A stretch of 64,000 nt of DNA from a virus: positions 9,158 to 73,157 of the IMG/VR virus record IMGVR_UViG_3300025030_000086. One strand, given 5' to 3'. A program made the translations under genes and the position numbers. Position 1 is the first letter of the stretch. Each line of letters begins with the position of its first letter. Shown piece by piece: positions 37,738 through 47,474 of this stretch. The notes under the pieces were generated by a model. That model had not been told where the DNA came from and ran no database searches. It worked only from the letters and a program-made list of their open reading frames with translations.

Positions 37738-38301
37738 ATGTCAAAGAATGAGCGGGACAAATATTTATTGAAAGAGGAGTATAAGAAATTTATTGAAAAT
37801 ACTCCTGAACAATATAAACTATTTTGGAAAATTGTGTTTCATTCTGGTCTTAGGATATCTGAAGGATTGAATCTAACAGTTAATGACATATTATGGAATG
37901 AGAATAAATTATTAATTGCTACATTGAAGCGTAAAGGTCATCCCATCATTCCTATAATAATTTCAAAAGACTTAATAGATGAATTGAAAATATATATAAA
38001 AGAATCTGGAAGAATGTGGAAGAATCCGGCAATTAATGGAAGAATCTGGAAGTATAGTAGACAATATGCATGGAGAATATTCAAGTCTATTTGCATAAAA
38101 GCGGAATTAAACCCAAAGTATAGCCCTCATGCTCTACGTCATTCTCATGGTGTTATGATAGCAGATATAACAAACGGTAATATGGTTGAGATTAAAAATA
38201 GATTAAGACATTCATCTATAAAATCAACTGAATTCTATGTTCATTGTTCTGAAGCCAAACAAAAGGAATTATCCAATAAAATAGAGGAGTATATGAAATG
38301 A
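37738..38301 (+). CDS. short tyrosine recombinase (catalytic domain only)
   Basis: SGLRISE, LKRK, HALRHS, RLRHSSIKSTEFY: R-K-H-R-H-Y residues all present. Confidence 0.9.
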   Translation: MSKNERDKYLLKEEYKKFIENTPEQYKLFWKIVFHSGLRISEGLNLTVNDILWNENKLLIATLKRKGHPIIPIIISKDLIDELKIYIKESGRMWKNPAINGRIWKYSRQYAWRIFKSICIKAELNPKYSPHALRHSHGVMIADITNGNMVEIKNRLRHSSIKSTEFYVHCSEAKQKELSNKIEEYMK

Positions 38302-38468
38302 AAAATCAATATAAAGCTGAATTAAAACAAGCTATAGAATTTCACTTAAAAATGGATAAACAATCGGGAAGAGCAGATAAAAAAGCATGGCCCCCTTGGT
38401 TATTAGGAATTTATGAAGAAGGGAATTATAATGAAGATAATATAAATAATAAAAAGGAGATATTATAA
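38298..38468 (+). CDS. small hypothetical protein (paralog of 32540-32704)
   Basis: ELKQAIEFHLKMDK..WP; GAGGAG RBS. Confidence 0.5.
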   Translation: MKNQYKAELKQAIEFHLKMDKQSGRADKKAWPPWLLGIYEEGNYNEDNINNKKEIL

Positions 38469-38866
38469 TGTGTTTGTATAATGTGGATAATTCAATAAAG
38501 GACAAAGATTTTGGTTACAAAATAATAAGCAAAGATGGTAGAGCAAGGTTTTTAAAGAGTAAAAAGTTAACTGAAGGAAAATGGTTAAATGAATATAATT
38601 ATAGACAAGATTATTATAAAAAAGAAAACTACTTGTTTTTAGAATCAGAGTCATATTATGATAAATTAGCATATTTGATGGGGTGGCATGTTTTTTACAC
38701 CAAAAAAGAGGCAATGAGTTATAATAAATATATATTACGTGACCCTACTATTAAAATTGTAAAAGTTGGGATTAAAAATATAGTGGCAAAGGGTTATCAA
38801 TGTACGCAACATTCATATAGGACAATTGTTTGTAAATACATAAAAATAGAAAAGGAGATGAAATGA
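38468..38866 (+). CDS. hypothetical protein
   Basis: MCL..GYKI..GWHVF pattern, AGGAG RBS. Confidence 0.6.
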   Translation: MCLYNVDNSIKDKDFGYKIISKDGRARFLKSKKLTEGKWLNEYNYRQDYYKKENYLFLESESYYDKLAYLMGWHVFYTKKEAMSYNKYILRDPTIKIVKVGIKNIVAKGYQCTQHSYRTIVCKYIKIEKEMK

Positions 38867-39072
38867 TAATAAGAACAGATGAAGGTGACAGGATAATATT
38901 AAATGAGGAAGTAAATCTTTACAGTTTAGATGAACGTATTAAAACGACAAACAGTGTAAAAATTAATGGTAAAACCATGACCGTTGATGAGTTTAAGAAA
39001 GGAAAAATAGATCCAAAAAAAGGTCATTGGGGTCGAAAAGCTATGAATGAGATGGATAATGATTTAATCTAA
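38863..39072 (+). CDS. hypothetical protein (last + strand gene)
   Basis: AGGAG RBS; converges with the - strand arm. Confidence 0.55.
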   Translation: MIIRTDEGDRIILNEEVNLYSLDERIKTTNSVKINGKTMTVDEFKKGKIDPKKGHWGRKAMNEMDNDLI

Positions 39073-39257
39073 ATCAGCATCTATCACAAGATTTGCCCAT
39101 AAGCAAAGGTCTTTTATTAATCTATTTCTTTTATCATATGGTATTTCGTAGTCATTAAATATCAATATTAATTCTTCCTGAAGTACATCATTTATTTTAG
39201 ATTTTATGGCTTGTTTAATTTCATTTCTTTTTATATTATCCATTTTATCTCCATTTA

Positions 39258-39390
39258 CCACAATATATGGTATGTTACAATATGAAACACAAGATGTTGT
39301 GTACTTTACTATTTATATGATTATAAGTAAATATTTTAAAACCACAAAAGTGAGCTACCTATTTCAATATAAAAATCCAGATACCAATTT
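39258..39390. promoter_or_regulatory. composite module: NrdR-like box pair, TGTTACA-N3-TGAAACA, TGAGCTACCTA, AGATACCAATTT
   Basis: Same motif set as 25822-26072. Confidence 0.6.
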
Positions 39391-39401
39391 AATGATGGAA
39401 T

Positions 39402-39776
39402 TTAACCCTTACTCTTATTAACTGGAAAATTTAACCATCCATTTTTACTAAATATATTAAATAATGCCAATGCTAATATATTGATTGATTTCTCCTCATC
39501 ATCACCCATAGATGAGAAAAGCCCCATTTCCAATTCACCATCAACAGCATGTAAAATTTCATGGAGTAATGTAATAAAAACATCCTCCAATGGCTTATTT
39601 TTATAATATATTCTTATAGTCCTGTCCCAAGGATCGTGTTGACCAACCAAACTTGCCCTTTTCTCCGCATCTACATCATTTGGTAGTTCATGATATGCAA
39701 TTGTGTAAGGAATACCAAGAAGCTCAAAATTTGTTGGCAGTTCAGAAACTTTGTAATTTTTTCCACTTTTAAACAT
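39402..39776 (-). CDS. HExxH metallopeptidase-like protein
   Basis: TLLHEILHAV...E. Confidence 0.65.
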   Translation of the reverse strand: MFKSGKNYKVSELPTNFELLGIPYTIAYHELPNDVDAEKRASLVGQHDPWDRTIRIYYKNKPLEDVFITLLHEILHAVDGELEMGLFSSMGDDEEKSINILALALFNIFSKNGWLNFPVNKSKG

Positions 39777-40004
39777 TTAGATACCCCCCTTATTTTTTAA
39801 ATTAGAGAATATTCCCCATAGAGAAAAAATAAAAAATATGAAGAAGAGAAAACTTTGTTGAATTTCCCCTATTTTATAATTATATATCATAAGAAATAAA
39901 TCGGTAAATGACCATAGATAAAATCCCCATAATAATTTATTTTTAATAATACATATTTTACCAATTAAGGAAAGAACGATTATACCCCATAAGAAATATC
40001 CCAT
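39777..40004 (-). CDS. small 3-TM membrane protein, PnuC-like half
   Basis: Hydrophobic; WGFYLW..D..Y..Q..WG pattern. Confidence 0.5.
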   Translation of the reverse strand: MGYFLWGIIVLSLIGKICIIKNKLLWGFYLWSFTDLFLMIYNYKIGEIQQSFLFFIFFIFSLWGIFSNLKNKGGI

Positions 40005-40156
40005 TTAAATATCCCAATAAAAAGTTATATCAAAAAATAACCATCCTAAATTATATACTCTGGAACAATCATGGTAAAAGGGAATTAAATACCATTTATG
40101 TAGTGGGAAAAATCCTATATTTAAAACAGGTCTGTAATATATTACATTTTTTTTCA

Positions 40157-40768
40157 TTATGCTATCTCCTTTGTTTCTGAAAACTTCCCATTATGGGTAA
40201 CAAAAAACACCTTATCAGCTTGTTCTGCTATTTCTGGTATTTGAGAAACTATTATAAATTGTATATTTAATTTTTTACTTAAATCTTTAATCATTTTCAT
40301 AGCATTTTCTGTTTTACCATGCAAAAACCGCATGGGTTCATCCAAAATCAATGTGTTTGTTGATTTAGGATTTTCTATGCTCCAAAGGACTACTCGTAAT
40401 GCAAAGGAGGCAACATCCAGTATACCACCCCCACAACTATCTTTTGGATCGGCTTCTTCCCCCCTTAATTTAAGACTAATTTTAGCTTCGGGTTTGTTAC
40501 GTTTAATGTCAAAATCTATAATAAATTGGTAGTCCTCCTCAAAAACTGCTTGTAATGCAGTAGTAACCATAGATTCTATGTAATCTTTTAAATAGGATTG
40601 GGTATGCTTTCCAGCTTCGGCTACTATAGCTCTTGCTTTTTGCAAATTTTCATTATATTCTTTTAATGAAACTTGCTCTTTTTCTTTTATTTCTAAAGAA
40701 GCAAGAGTTAGTTGACATTCAGTTTTGAAAGCAATAAACTTTGTTTTAAGTTGCTCTACTTTTTCCAT
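40157..40768 (-). CDS. sbcC: SbcC/Rad50-like ATPase, C-terminal half
   Basis: Signature-like SCGGG, FALR, Walker B LILDEP, IIVSQ..ADK. Confidence 0.8.
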   Translation of the reverse strand: MEKVEQLKTKFIAFKTECQLTLASLEIKEKEQVSLKEYNENLQKARAIVAEAGKHTQSYLKDYIESMVTTALQAVFEEDYQFIIDFDIKRNKPEAKISLKLRGEEADPKDSCGGGILDVASFALRVVLWSIENPKSTNTLILDEPMRFLHGKTENAMKMIKDLSKKLNIQFIIVSQIPEIAEQADKVFFVTHNGKFSETKEIA

Positions 40769-41182
40769 TCACCAACTCCAATCATCTTCTTGATTTTTAA
40801 GATTTTTACATTTCTTACATATTCTGTTGATTTTTGGATCTATGCTTTCAAATTTTTTTAAACAACATAAACATATAACAACTGTTAATAATATCTTATC
40901 TTTTGATTTTCTTCCCTGTGTTATTGGAAAAGATACTTTTTTCTTTATATTTAATCCAGCTTGCTCCAAGCAAGCATTCCAACTTAAATTAAAATTTTTG
41001 TTTATATGACTATAACTACAAACTTTATTACAATTATAGTCAAATTCATTTCTTGTCAAAAAGCAAGTTCCTGCAATATCTCTCAAATTTTCTATAAAAT
41101 CTGAAAATTTGATTACTGATGTACCATGCAGTTTCATATTTATTTTGATACTTCCCAATAAACTAAATAACAATTTTGGCAC
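40769..41182 (-). CDS. protein with homing-endonuclease-associated repeat and C4 Zn finger
   Basis: T..EF..S...I..F..SWN..LE.AGL; CLCC..F.S...NRICKKC. Confidence 0.55.
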   Translation of the reverse strand: MPKLLFSLLGSIKINMKLHGTSVIKFSDFIENLRDIAGTCFLTRNEFDYNCNKVCSYSHINKNFNLSWNACLEQAGLNIKKKVSFPITQGRKSKDKILLTVVICLCCLKKFESIDPKINRICKKCKNLKNQEDDWSW

Positions 41183-41318
41183 ATATGAACTTCTACCAAA
41201 TCAGAGCTATACCAAGTATCTGTGATAGTGATGAGTGGTCTTTTGTATAATGCTTCCAATAACAAAGGCTTGTGTCTATTAAATAGAATACATAATAATT
41301 TTTTAAACATAAAACCTC

Positions 41319-41573
41319 CTATATAAATCCAAATTTTTCTTTTAATTCTGTGTATTTACTTTCTATTGCAATTCCCAATGTTTCAACTTCCTTAGTTAAT
41401 TTTTGAACCGTCTGTTCAGCTTCTATAAAATTATCTAAATTATAATCTTTTTTTAGCGTGGATAATAAAGCCTTTTTTTGCCCCTTACTTTCAGCCAAAT
41501 CTTCTCGTGCCTTCTCAATCTTTAATTTAATCGCTTTAAGAGTTTTTTCCACTTCTTTTGTGTCTATAGGCAT
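41319..41573 (-). CDS. small coiled-coil protein
   Basis: Heptad-rich, 84 aa. Confidence 0.6.
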   Translation of the reverse strand: MPIDTKEVEKTLKAIKLKIEKAREDLAESKGQKKALLSTLKKDYNLDNFIEAEQTVQKLTKEVETLGIAIESKYTELKEKFGFI

Positions 41574-41659
41574 GTTACATATCCTTTCTGAAGAAAAATA
41601 ATGTTGTAAATATTATCAAAAATATAAAGACGTATGTGATTATAATAGCAATTAATTCA

Positions 41660-42124
41660 TTATCTGTCATCATCTCTATTCCTTTCCATATATTCTTGTG
41701 GGATAATAATCATAGATTTTTTATTTATTATTTTTACAGATTCTCTATGACCCAAAAAACAACTAAGGAATAAACCTATTTTTAATTTTGTATCTTCAAT
41801 ATCTATATTCAAGCAATACTTTGTATTCAATTCTTCTAAAAAATGTTCAATTTTTCTTGCAGTATTTGTCACTGTGTCAAGCAACTGTGGGTTATAATAT
41901 ATAGAAAAACCAAACATTTTTTCATCCATATGGTAAGTTTCCATAAATGTTGGATTTTGCACAGAATGAATAAAAATATGAGGCATTACTATATAATATT
42001 TAATAAGAATAGGAAATACTACTTTATTGGGATTAAATTCTTCTTCTTGTGAATAATCATTTTCTATAGTTATTTTTTCTTTATAATCTACAAGATATGG
42101 TTGATTGGTTATTGATGAATTCAT
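41660..42124 (-). CDS. hypothetical protein
   Basis: 154-aa coupled ORF. Confidence 0.55.
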   Translation of the reverse strand: MNSSITNQPYLVDYKEKITIENDYSQEEEFNPNKVVFPILIKYYIVMPHIFIHSVQNPTFMETYHMDEKMFGFSIYYNPQLLDTVTNTARKIEHFLEELNTKYCLNIDIEDTKLKIGLFLSCFLGHRESVKIINKKSMIIIPQEYMERNRDDDR

Positions 42125-43053
42125 TATTTTTCAATCTCCTCAAATGCCTTAATTATAATATTTTTAATATCATTTTCAGTTGATTTCATCATTAATTCAA
42201 GATTTTTTCTAAAATTTAAACTCTGTCCTATCTCATTGTTTTTTATACTATTTATAAATTCTTGCAATTTTTGATTCTCTTTTTTATCCACTCTTTCCAA
42301 TGCCTCCGGCTTAAATACCTCATCAGCGGGTTTATGAATTATTGGTAAATTAATTAATTCATATGTTAAATCTTCATCATTTATTTCTAACATATATATA
42401 TGAGGAATTAAATCAGATTCATTTAAGGTTTTTCTAACCAAACAACCACAATTCACAATTGTTTGGTTTTTATATTTATAAAATACTGGATGATGCCAAT
42501 CTCCACTTATAATTATATCATATGGATACTTTTTAGCAAGTTTATCTGATTGCAGAAAGTCCTCCATTCCTTTCCATACAGGCTTATCCAATATAGTTTT
42601 ATGAATTAATAATATATTGAAATTGTCTACATCTTCTATTATAGGAATTTCATCTCCATAATCACATCCATAAAGATCAATATTTCTACCAAAAGTTATA
42701 CGTTTGAAGGTCTGCATATAGCCTAAAGATTCCATTAATTTCAAGGCTGTTCTATCTTTAGTCCTAAATCTTTGATCATGCTGTCCCCAAACGGTTAAGA
42801 ATTGAATCTCATTATTATTGCCATTATTAATACTATATTTATTAAATAATTTTATATAATATTCCAATACGTCAAAAGACGGGCGGGGGTTATCGAAAAC
42901 GTCCCCTGGGCACAGGATATATTCACATCTATTTTTTGAAGCTATTTGAAATATCTGCTCAACCTTATTCAACTGAGTTTCAAAGAAATTATCTATCCTG
43001 TTTTCTGGATTAGAAGCTCTCAAATGTAAATCTCCGGTAATTAAAAATTTCAT
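42124..43053 (-). CDS. sbcD: SbcD/Mre11-like nuclease
   Basis: TGDLH, PGDVFD, WGQHD, SGDWH, NCG.L.R. Confidence 0.88.
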   Translation of the reverse strand: MKFLITGDLHLRASNPENRIDNFFETQLNKVEQIFQIASKNRCEYILCPGDVFDNPRPSFDVLEYYIKLFNKYSINNGNNNEIQFLTVWGQHDQRFRTKDRTALKLMESLGYMQTFKRITFGRNIDLYGCDYGDEIPIIEDVDNFNILLIHKTILDKPVWKGMEDFLQSDKLAKKYPYDIIISGDWHHPVFYKYKNQTIVNCGCLVRKTLNESDLIPHIYMLEINDEDLTYELINLPIIHKPADEVFKPEALERVDKKENQKLQEFINSIKNNEIGQSLNFRKNLELMMKSTENDIKNIIIKAFEEIEK

Positions 43054-43255
43054 TTATCTCATCCCCACATCAAAAGCTTGTATGGCCTTTTCCCAATCTA
43101 ACTCACATTTTATTTCAGTCCATCCATTTGCTATTTTATAATCTTCAGCTATTTTGTTAGCCTCTTCTTTATTTTGAGCTATAATTTTAATAGTATTAAT
43201 AAAATAAGTATTAATATAACCATCTGCTTTATAATATTTATACTTCTCCATATTG

Positions 43256-44314
43256 TTATACCCCCCTCTCACACAAAGGACATATACCTGCTTCTTCTAA
43301 GGTCTTCTTAAACTCTTTTTCCTCTTTTTCAATAAGTTTTTCCATCTTTTTTATAGTTTCAAAATATACATCCCAACTCTGTTTTAAATTATTTATTTTA
43401 TTTAGCACATCAGAAGTGGCTAAGTATTTTATAACATTACTCTCAAGCTCTGGCAAGCCCTCCCCCTGTTTTAAAATAGCCTCAGTTGCTTCAATATCAA
43501 CATCCAATATGGATAAACTTATTAATATTTTTTCTAAATCTCTTATTAAAGCTAAATTCGTGTTATAATCCAACCATAAATACTCCAATACTTTAATTTC
43601 ATCTTCAAGACCAACATATTTATTTTCTATGCTCTTTATAATATTTTCTGTCCTAATTCCTTCCGATACTATGTAGGTTAATAATTTAACTTTATTTTCT
43701 AATATTTTAACTTTAGTATCATATTCTACTATTTTATTTACTAAATTCTCAATTAAATCATAATCTTTGAACTTTTCAAGGCTTGTATTCAATTTATCTA
43801 AATCTTGTTTTTTTATCTCAAGTTCTTTATTTGTAGATGTTATTTTTGAAGATATGTTAGAAATCAAAGCGTCTATATCATCCAGCTTGACTATTTTATT
43901 AATTGTTCTGCCAACTTCTCCTGCACTATCCATCAAAAGGAAGTGTCTTTCAAACTGTGAGGCACAATTTATATCAGATATATTAATTGCAGAACTGATC
44001 TCTGAAGGAACATCATTGCCTATGGTATTAAATAATGAGCTACCTATTTGATATGAATTTATAGAATTGTTTCTTTCTCTTACAATTTCAGTATCATTAA
44101 TAATCAATGATACCTTGCAAGTTTCCTTTTTGTCACTAAAAGTGGATTTGAAAGCTAACCCTTGTGGTCTGTTAGTAATAATCCAATTCAAAGCTCTGAG
44201 AATAGCAGTTTTCCCATTATTGCTTTGACCAGATATTATATTTATTCCAGAGGAAAATTTTAAATAGGAATCTTTATGGCTCTGAAAATTTTGGAGTTTA
44301 ATGGATTGTATCAT
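43256..44314 (-). CDS. sbcC: SbcC/Rad50-like ATPase, N-terminal half ending at Zn hook
   Basis: NFQSH, Walker A GQSNNGKT, Q-loop, coiled coil, terminal CPLC. Confidence 0.85.
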   Translation of the reverse strand: MIQSIKLQNFQSHKDSYLKFSSGINIISGQSNNGKTAILRALNWIITNRPQGLAFKSTFSDKKETCKVSLIINDTEIVRERNNSINSYQIGSSLFNTIGNDVPSEISSAINISDINCASQFERHFLLMDSAGEVGRTINKIVKLDDIDALISNISSKITSTNKELEIKKQDLDKLNTSLEKFKDYDLIENLVNKIVEYDTKVKILENKVKLLTYIVSEGIRTENIIKSIENKYVGLEDEIKVLEYLWLDYNTNLALIRDLEKILISLSILDVDIEATEAILKQGEGLPELESNVIKYLATSDVLNKINNLKQSWDVYFETIKKMEKLIEKEEKEFKKTLEEAGICPLCERGV

Positions 44315-44318
44315 TTAT

Positions 44319-44906
44319 TTACCAATTATGTTCAGTATTATAAAAATTTTCTTCATAAAATAATCCATTTTTGAAATAAGCAGGATTGACATAATCAAAA
44401 AAATCTGTTAATAACATAATTACAACTTCAGTTTCATTAATGTATCCGCTTGTATATCTCTTATTGCCAATACTACCAAAATAGCTTTGGAACGTATTAT
44501 ATAAATTATCCTCAAAAATAATTATTTCCTTTTTATTGTTCTTTTTGATTATTAATAATGGAGTTTTATCATCTCTTTCAGCATCCCCAACACATTGCTC
44601 CCACCAATCATGGATTAAACTTTTGTTTTTGTATACTAAAAAATCAAGAGAAAAATCTTTGTAACTTTTTAATTCAATACTAAATTTATTAATAAATTTT
44701 ATACCTTCTAAATCTGTTGAAGTGGTATCCCCTTGTTGACCAGAAGTTTTTTTACCTTTTTTAAATCTTTGTGTAGCCATTGCCCCACTTGAAGCAGATC
44801 TAAAAAATACATCATCTCTTTCATTTTCTGTATACCAAAGAGACAGCAATTTACAAATTTTCCGTTCAAACTCCCCACCTTTTAATTTTCCACCACCAGG
44901 TCTCAT
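44319..44906 (-). CDS. Holliday junction resolvase (Hjc-like PD-(D/E)XK)
   Basis: KGGEFER, R..SSG, GD, IELK, WWEQ. Confidence 0.8.
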   Translation of the reverse strand: MRPGGGKLKGGEFERKICKLLSLWYTENERDDVFFRSASSGAMATQRFKKGKKTSGQQGDTTSTDLEGIKFINKFSIELKSYKDFSLDFLVYKNKSLIHDWWEQCVGDAERDDKTPLLIIKKNNKKEIIIFEDNLYNTFQSYFGSIGNKRYTSGYINETEVVIMLLTDFFDYVNPAYFKNGLFYEENFYNTEHNW

Positions 44907-45124
44907 TTTTTCTCCTCAAAAAATTCGGATAATACACCGCCGAGTAAAAACTGGAATGCTCCTCCTAACCATATCCATAGTGGGCTTAATAACCAAAACC
45001 AAGGTAAATTTATCCACTTAGTAAGTTGAAGCCATTCTAAAAATATAGTCAATATTACAGGAATAAATATAGCATATTTGAAAAAGGATTTCATCTCTTC
45101 ACTATCTGTTTTATTTATTGACAT
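44903..45124 (-). CDS. small membrane protein (WxWxxSPLW family)
   Basis: PWFWLLSPLW. Confidence 0.65.
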   Translation of the reverse strand: MSINKTDSEEMKSFFKYAIFIPVILTIFLEWLQLTKWINLPWFWLLSPLWIWLGGAFQFLLGGVLSEFFEEKK

Positions 45125-45380
45125 TAAAACTTCTCCTTAAATGGGAAACTCACAAAAACAGTTGCAATATATCCAAGAGACATTTTACCCGTTTCAATAG
45201 CTTTAACTTCTTCATCATAAATACCTGAGTTTGATTGCAGAAATCCACCCACATCAAAAATATTAATATAACCTCTTTTTTCATTAATTTCAGACTTTTT
45301 ACTTGAACAACCCTTACAATCATTTCCACAACATAAATTATTATATTCTTCACCATATCTACGTGTATCCATAAAACCTC

Positions 45381-45680
45381 CTATTTTCTTTTAATTATTG
45401 TAGCTACACCATCAGCAGAATCTATTGAAAAGGATATAACATTTCTTATCTCAATAATCTCTTCTTCATGTTCTTTCACAATTTCCCAATCATTAGCAAC
45501 TATATCTAAAATAGTCAATGTGAGATAAATTTCAGCATTATTAATGGAATATGAAATACCCTCATGGTTAAACCAAATCGGTTTTGTATGCTCAGGCCAA
45601 CACCTTCTTCTAAATAATAATTTAATTTTAGAATTAGATAAACAATTACTCCATATTCTATATACTTCAGTAATATACAT
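45381..45680 (-). CDS. hypothetical protein
   Basis: RR..W...DIVANDWEIV motif, GGAGG RBS. Confidence 0.6.
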   Translation of the reverse strand: MYITEVYRIWSNCLSNSKIKLLFRRRCWPEHTKPIWFNHEGISYSINNAEIYLTLTILDIVANDWEIVKEHEEEIIEIRNVISFSIDSADGVATIIKRK

Positions 45681-45691
45681 AAAAACCTCCT

Positions 45692-46003
45692 TTAATAACC
45701 ATCATTATCTTCCATACATTCATAATCACCATCATTATGCCAATCCCCCAATGGAATCATATTATCTGATTCTGTTCTATAATTATTAATATCTTCATAA
45801 TCATTTATATCTATAAGTGAAGAACCCTTTAAAATATATTTTGGATATAAATAATCATTAGAAATATCTTCAAGTTCTTTTATAATCGCAAGCACCCTTT
45901 CTTTAGGAATATCTTCTCCGTAAACTTCTCTTAAAACTTTTGAAGCAGATGATATAGCTAAAAATTTACCCAATGTTCTAAATGTATGGTCTAATTTAGT
46001 CAC
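45692..46003 (-). CDS. hypothetical protein
   Basis: Coupled ORF. Confidence 0.55.
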   Translation of the reverse strand: MTKLDHTFRTLGKFLAISSASKVLREVYGEDIPKERVLAIIKELEDISNDYLYPKYILKGSSLIDINDYEDINNYRTESDNMIPLGDWHNDGDYECMEDNDGY

Positions 46004-46311
46004 TGATTCTCCTCTACTTCATATAATAATTTTAATGCTTCATTTAGTATTATATTAAATTGTTCCTCTGTTGCTTGATTTAAACATGTTTCATTCCCAC
46101 ATAAATGTTTGGTAGCTTTCTCATACTTTTCTCTACACAATAATTTATTATTGTTCATATATTCATTAGTCACTATTTTATGAGCAATAATGAATAGCTT
46201 ATCTGTGTCTTCTTTACAAGAAATCAAAGATCTTTCGGTTAAAGAATTTAAACTATCTAATTCTGGTTGTATGTATAACATTTTATCCCTCATCGTCACA
46301 ATCATGATCAC
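46000..46311 (-). CDS. hypothetical protein
   Basis: Coupled ORF. Confidence 0.5.
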   Translation of the reverse strand: MIMIVTMRDKMLYIQPELDSLNSLTERSLISCKEDTDKLFIIAHKIVTNEYMNNNKLLCREKYEKATKHLCGNETCLNQATEEQFNIILNEALKLLYEVEENQ

Positions 46312-46418
46312 CTATACAAGATTCACATAAATTATCTATAGAACAAATATCACAATATGCACCATCATTAATTATTTCTGCACTGCACATACTACATTCT
46401 TTTATTACAAAAGCTGGT

Positions 46419-47474
46419 TCATTCTTTTCCATTCTCTTCCTCTAAATATTTAGGCTTCCTAATAATTTTTGCCTTTTCCTCAATTGTGTCCCATACTTGT
46501 TTTACAGCATCCTTAACTTCTTGTTCCTTATTATTACTACTTATAAATTGTATAAAATCCTCTCTTGCATAAGCATTTTCACCATAAGCTATCCTACCAT
46601 TACCGGATTTAAGATAAAATTTATTATCTACAAGATAGTCTACCATACTACCTAAATCGTCTATCCCATATTCAAATAATATATTAAAATTACACTCTCT
46701 AAAAGGTTTCCATACTCTATTCTTTTTAGCCTTTGCTTTTATTTCTATACCAGTTGTTATATCACCATTTTTCATCAATCCTTTATTATATAACCACACT
46801 ATTTGATAAGCATAGAAATCTAATGCTTTACCACCGGAACGTCTTTTAGTTTCTCCAAAAATTACACCGATAGCATCTCTTATTTGAGATACAACTATCA
46901 AAAGCATGTTCTTTTTATTAATCTTCTGTGTCAATCTTCTAAACAATTCACCCAATTTCTTTTGTTTAATCATATTATAACTTTTTTGATTAAAATCTTG
47001 TTCCAATTCCTCTTCTGTAGAAATAGCATCTAAACTATCCAATACATATATTACTAAATCATAATTATCTGAAGACTTTATTTCTTTATTTACATCTTCA
47101 TACCAGTGTTCTATAGTAGATGATTGTCTCCATTCAATATTATCTGTTGGAACACCTATTTGTTTAGCATTCTCCAAATTTATAGCTGATTCTGTATCAT
47201 TATATATCATTTTGACATCATACTTCTTCCGTAATACATGAAAGACATATGACATTGCTTCTAAACAAAGCAATGATTTTCCTATTTGCTTATCCCCGAC
47301 AAGATTTATAATTTTACCCACTGGGTAGCCATTTTCTGTACTATTGGTTAATACCAAATTTAGATTTGTGCTACCAGAGGAAACATACTTTAATTCTCTG
47401 GTAACTATTCCATTATCTTCCACAGTATCTTCAACTTCATCATCTACTATTTTTTTCTTTCTACCTCTACCCAT
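46419..47474 (-). CDS. recA: RecA/UvsX-like recombinase
   Basis: SSGS..L, G.P.G, Walker A GDKQIGKS, LDSL, SQIR..IGV.FG, SGGKALDFYA, KKNR. Confidence 0.9.
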   Translation of the reverse strand: MGRGRKKKIVDDEVEDTVEDNGIVTRELKYVSSGSTNLNLVLTNSTENGYPVGKIINLVGDKQIGKSLLCLEAMSYVFHVLRKKYDVKMIYNDTESAINLENAKQIGVPTDNIEWRQSSTIEHWYEDVNKEIKSSDNYDLVIYVLDSLDAISTEEELEQDFNQKSYNMIKQKKLGELFRRLTQKINKKNMLLIVVSQIRDAIGVIFGETKRRSGGKALDFYAYQIVWLYNKGLMKNGDITTGIEIKAKAKKNRVWKPFRECNFNILFEYGIDDLGSMVDYLVDNKFYLKSGNGRIAYGENAYAREDFIQFISSNNKEQEVKDAVKQVWDTIEEKAKIIRKPKYLEEENGKE

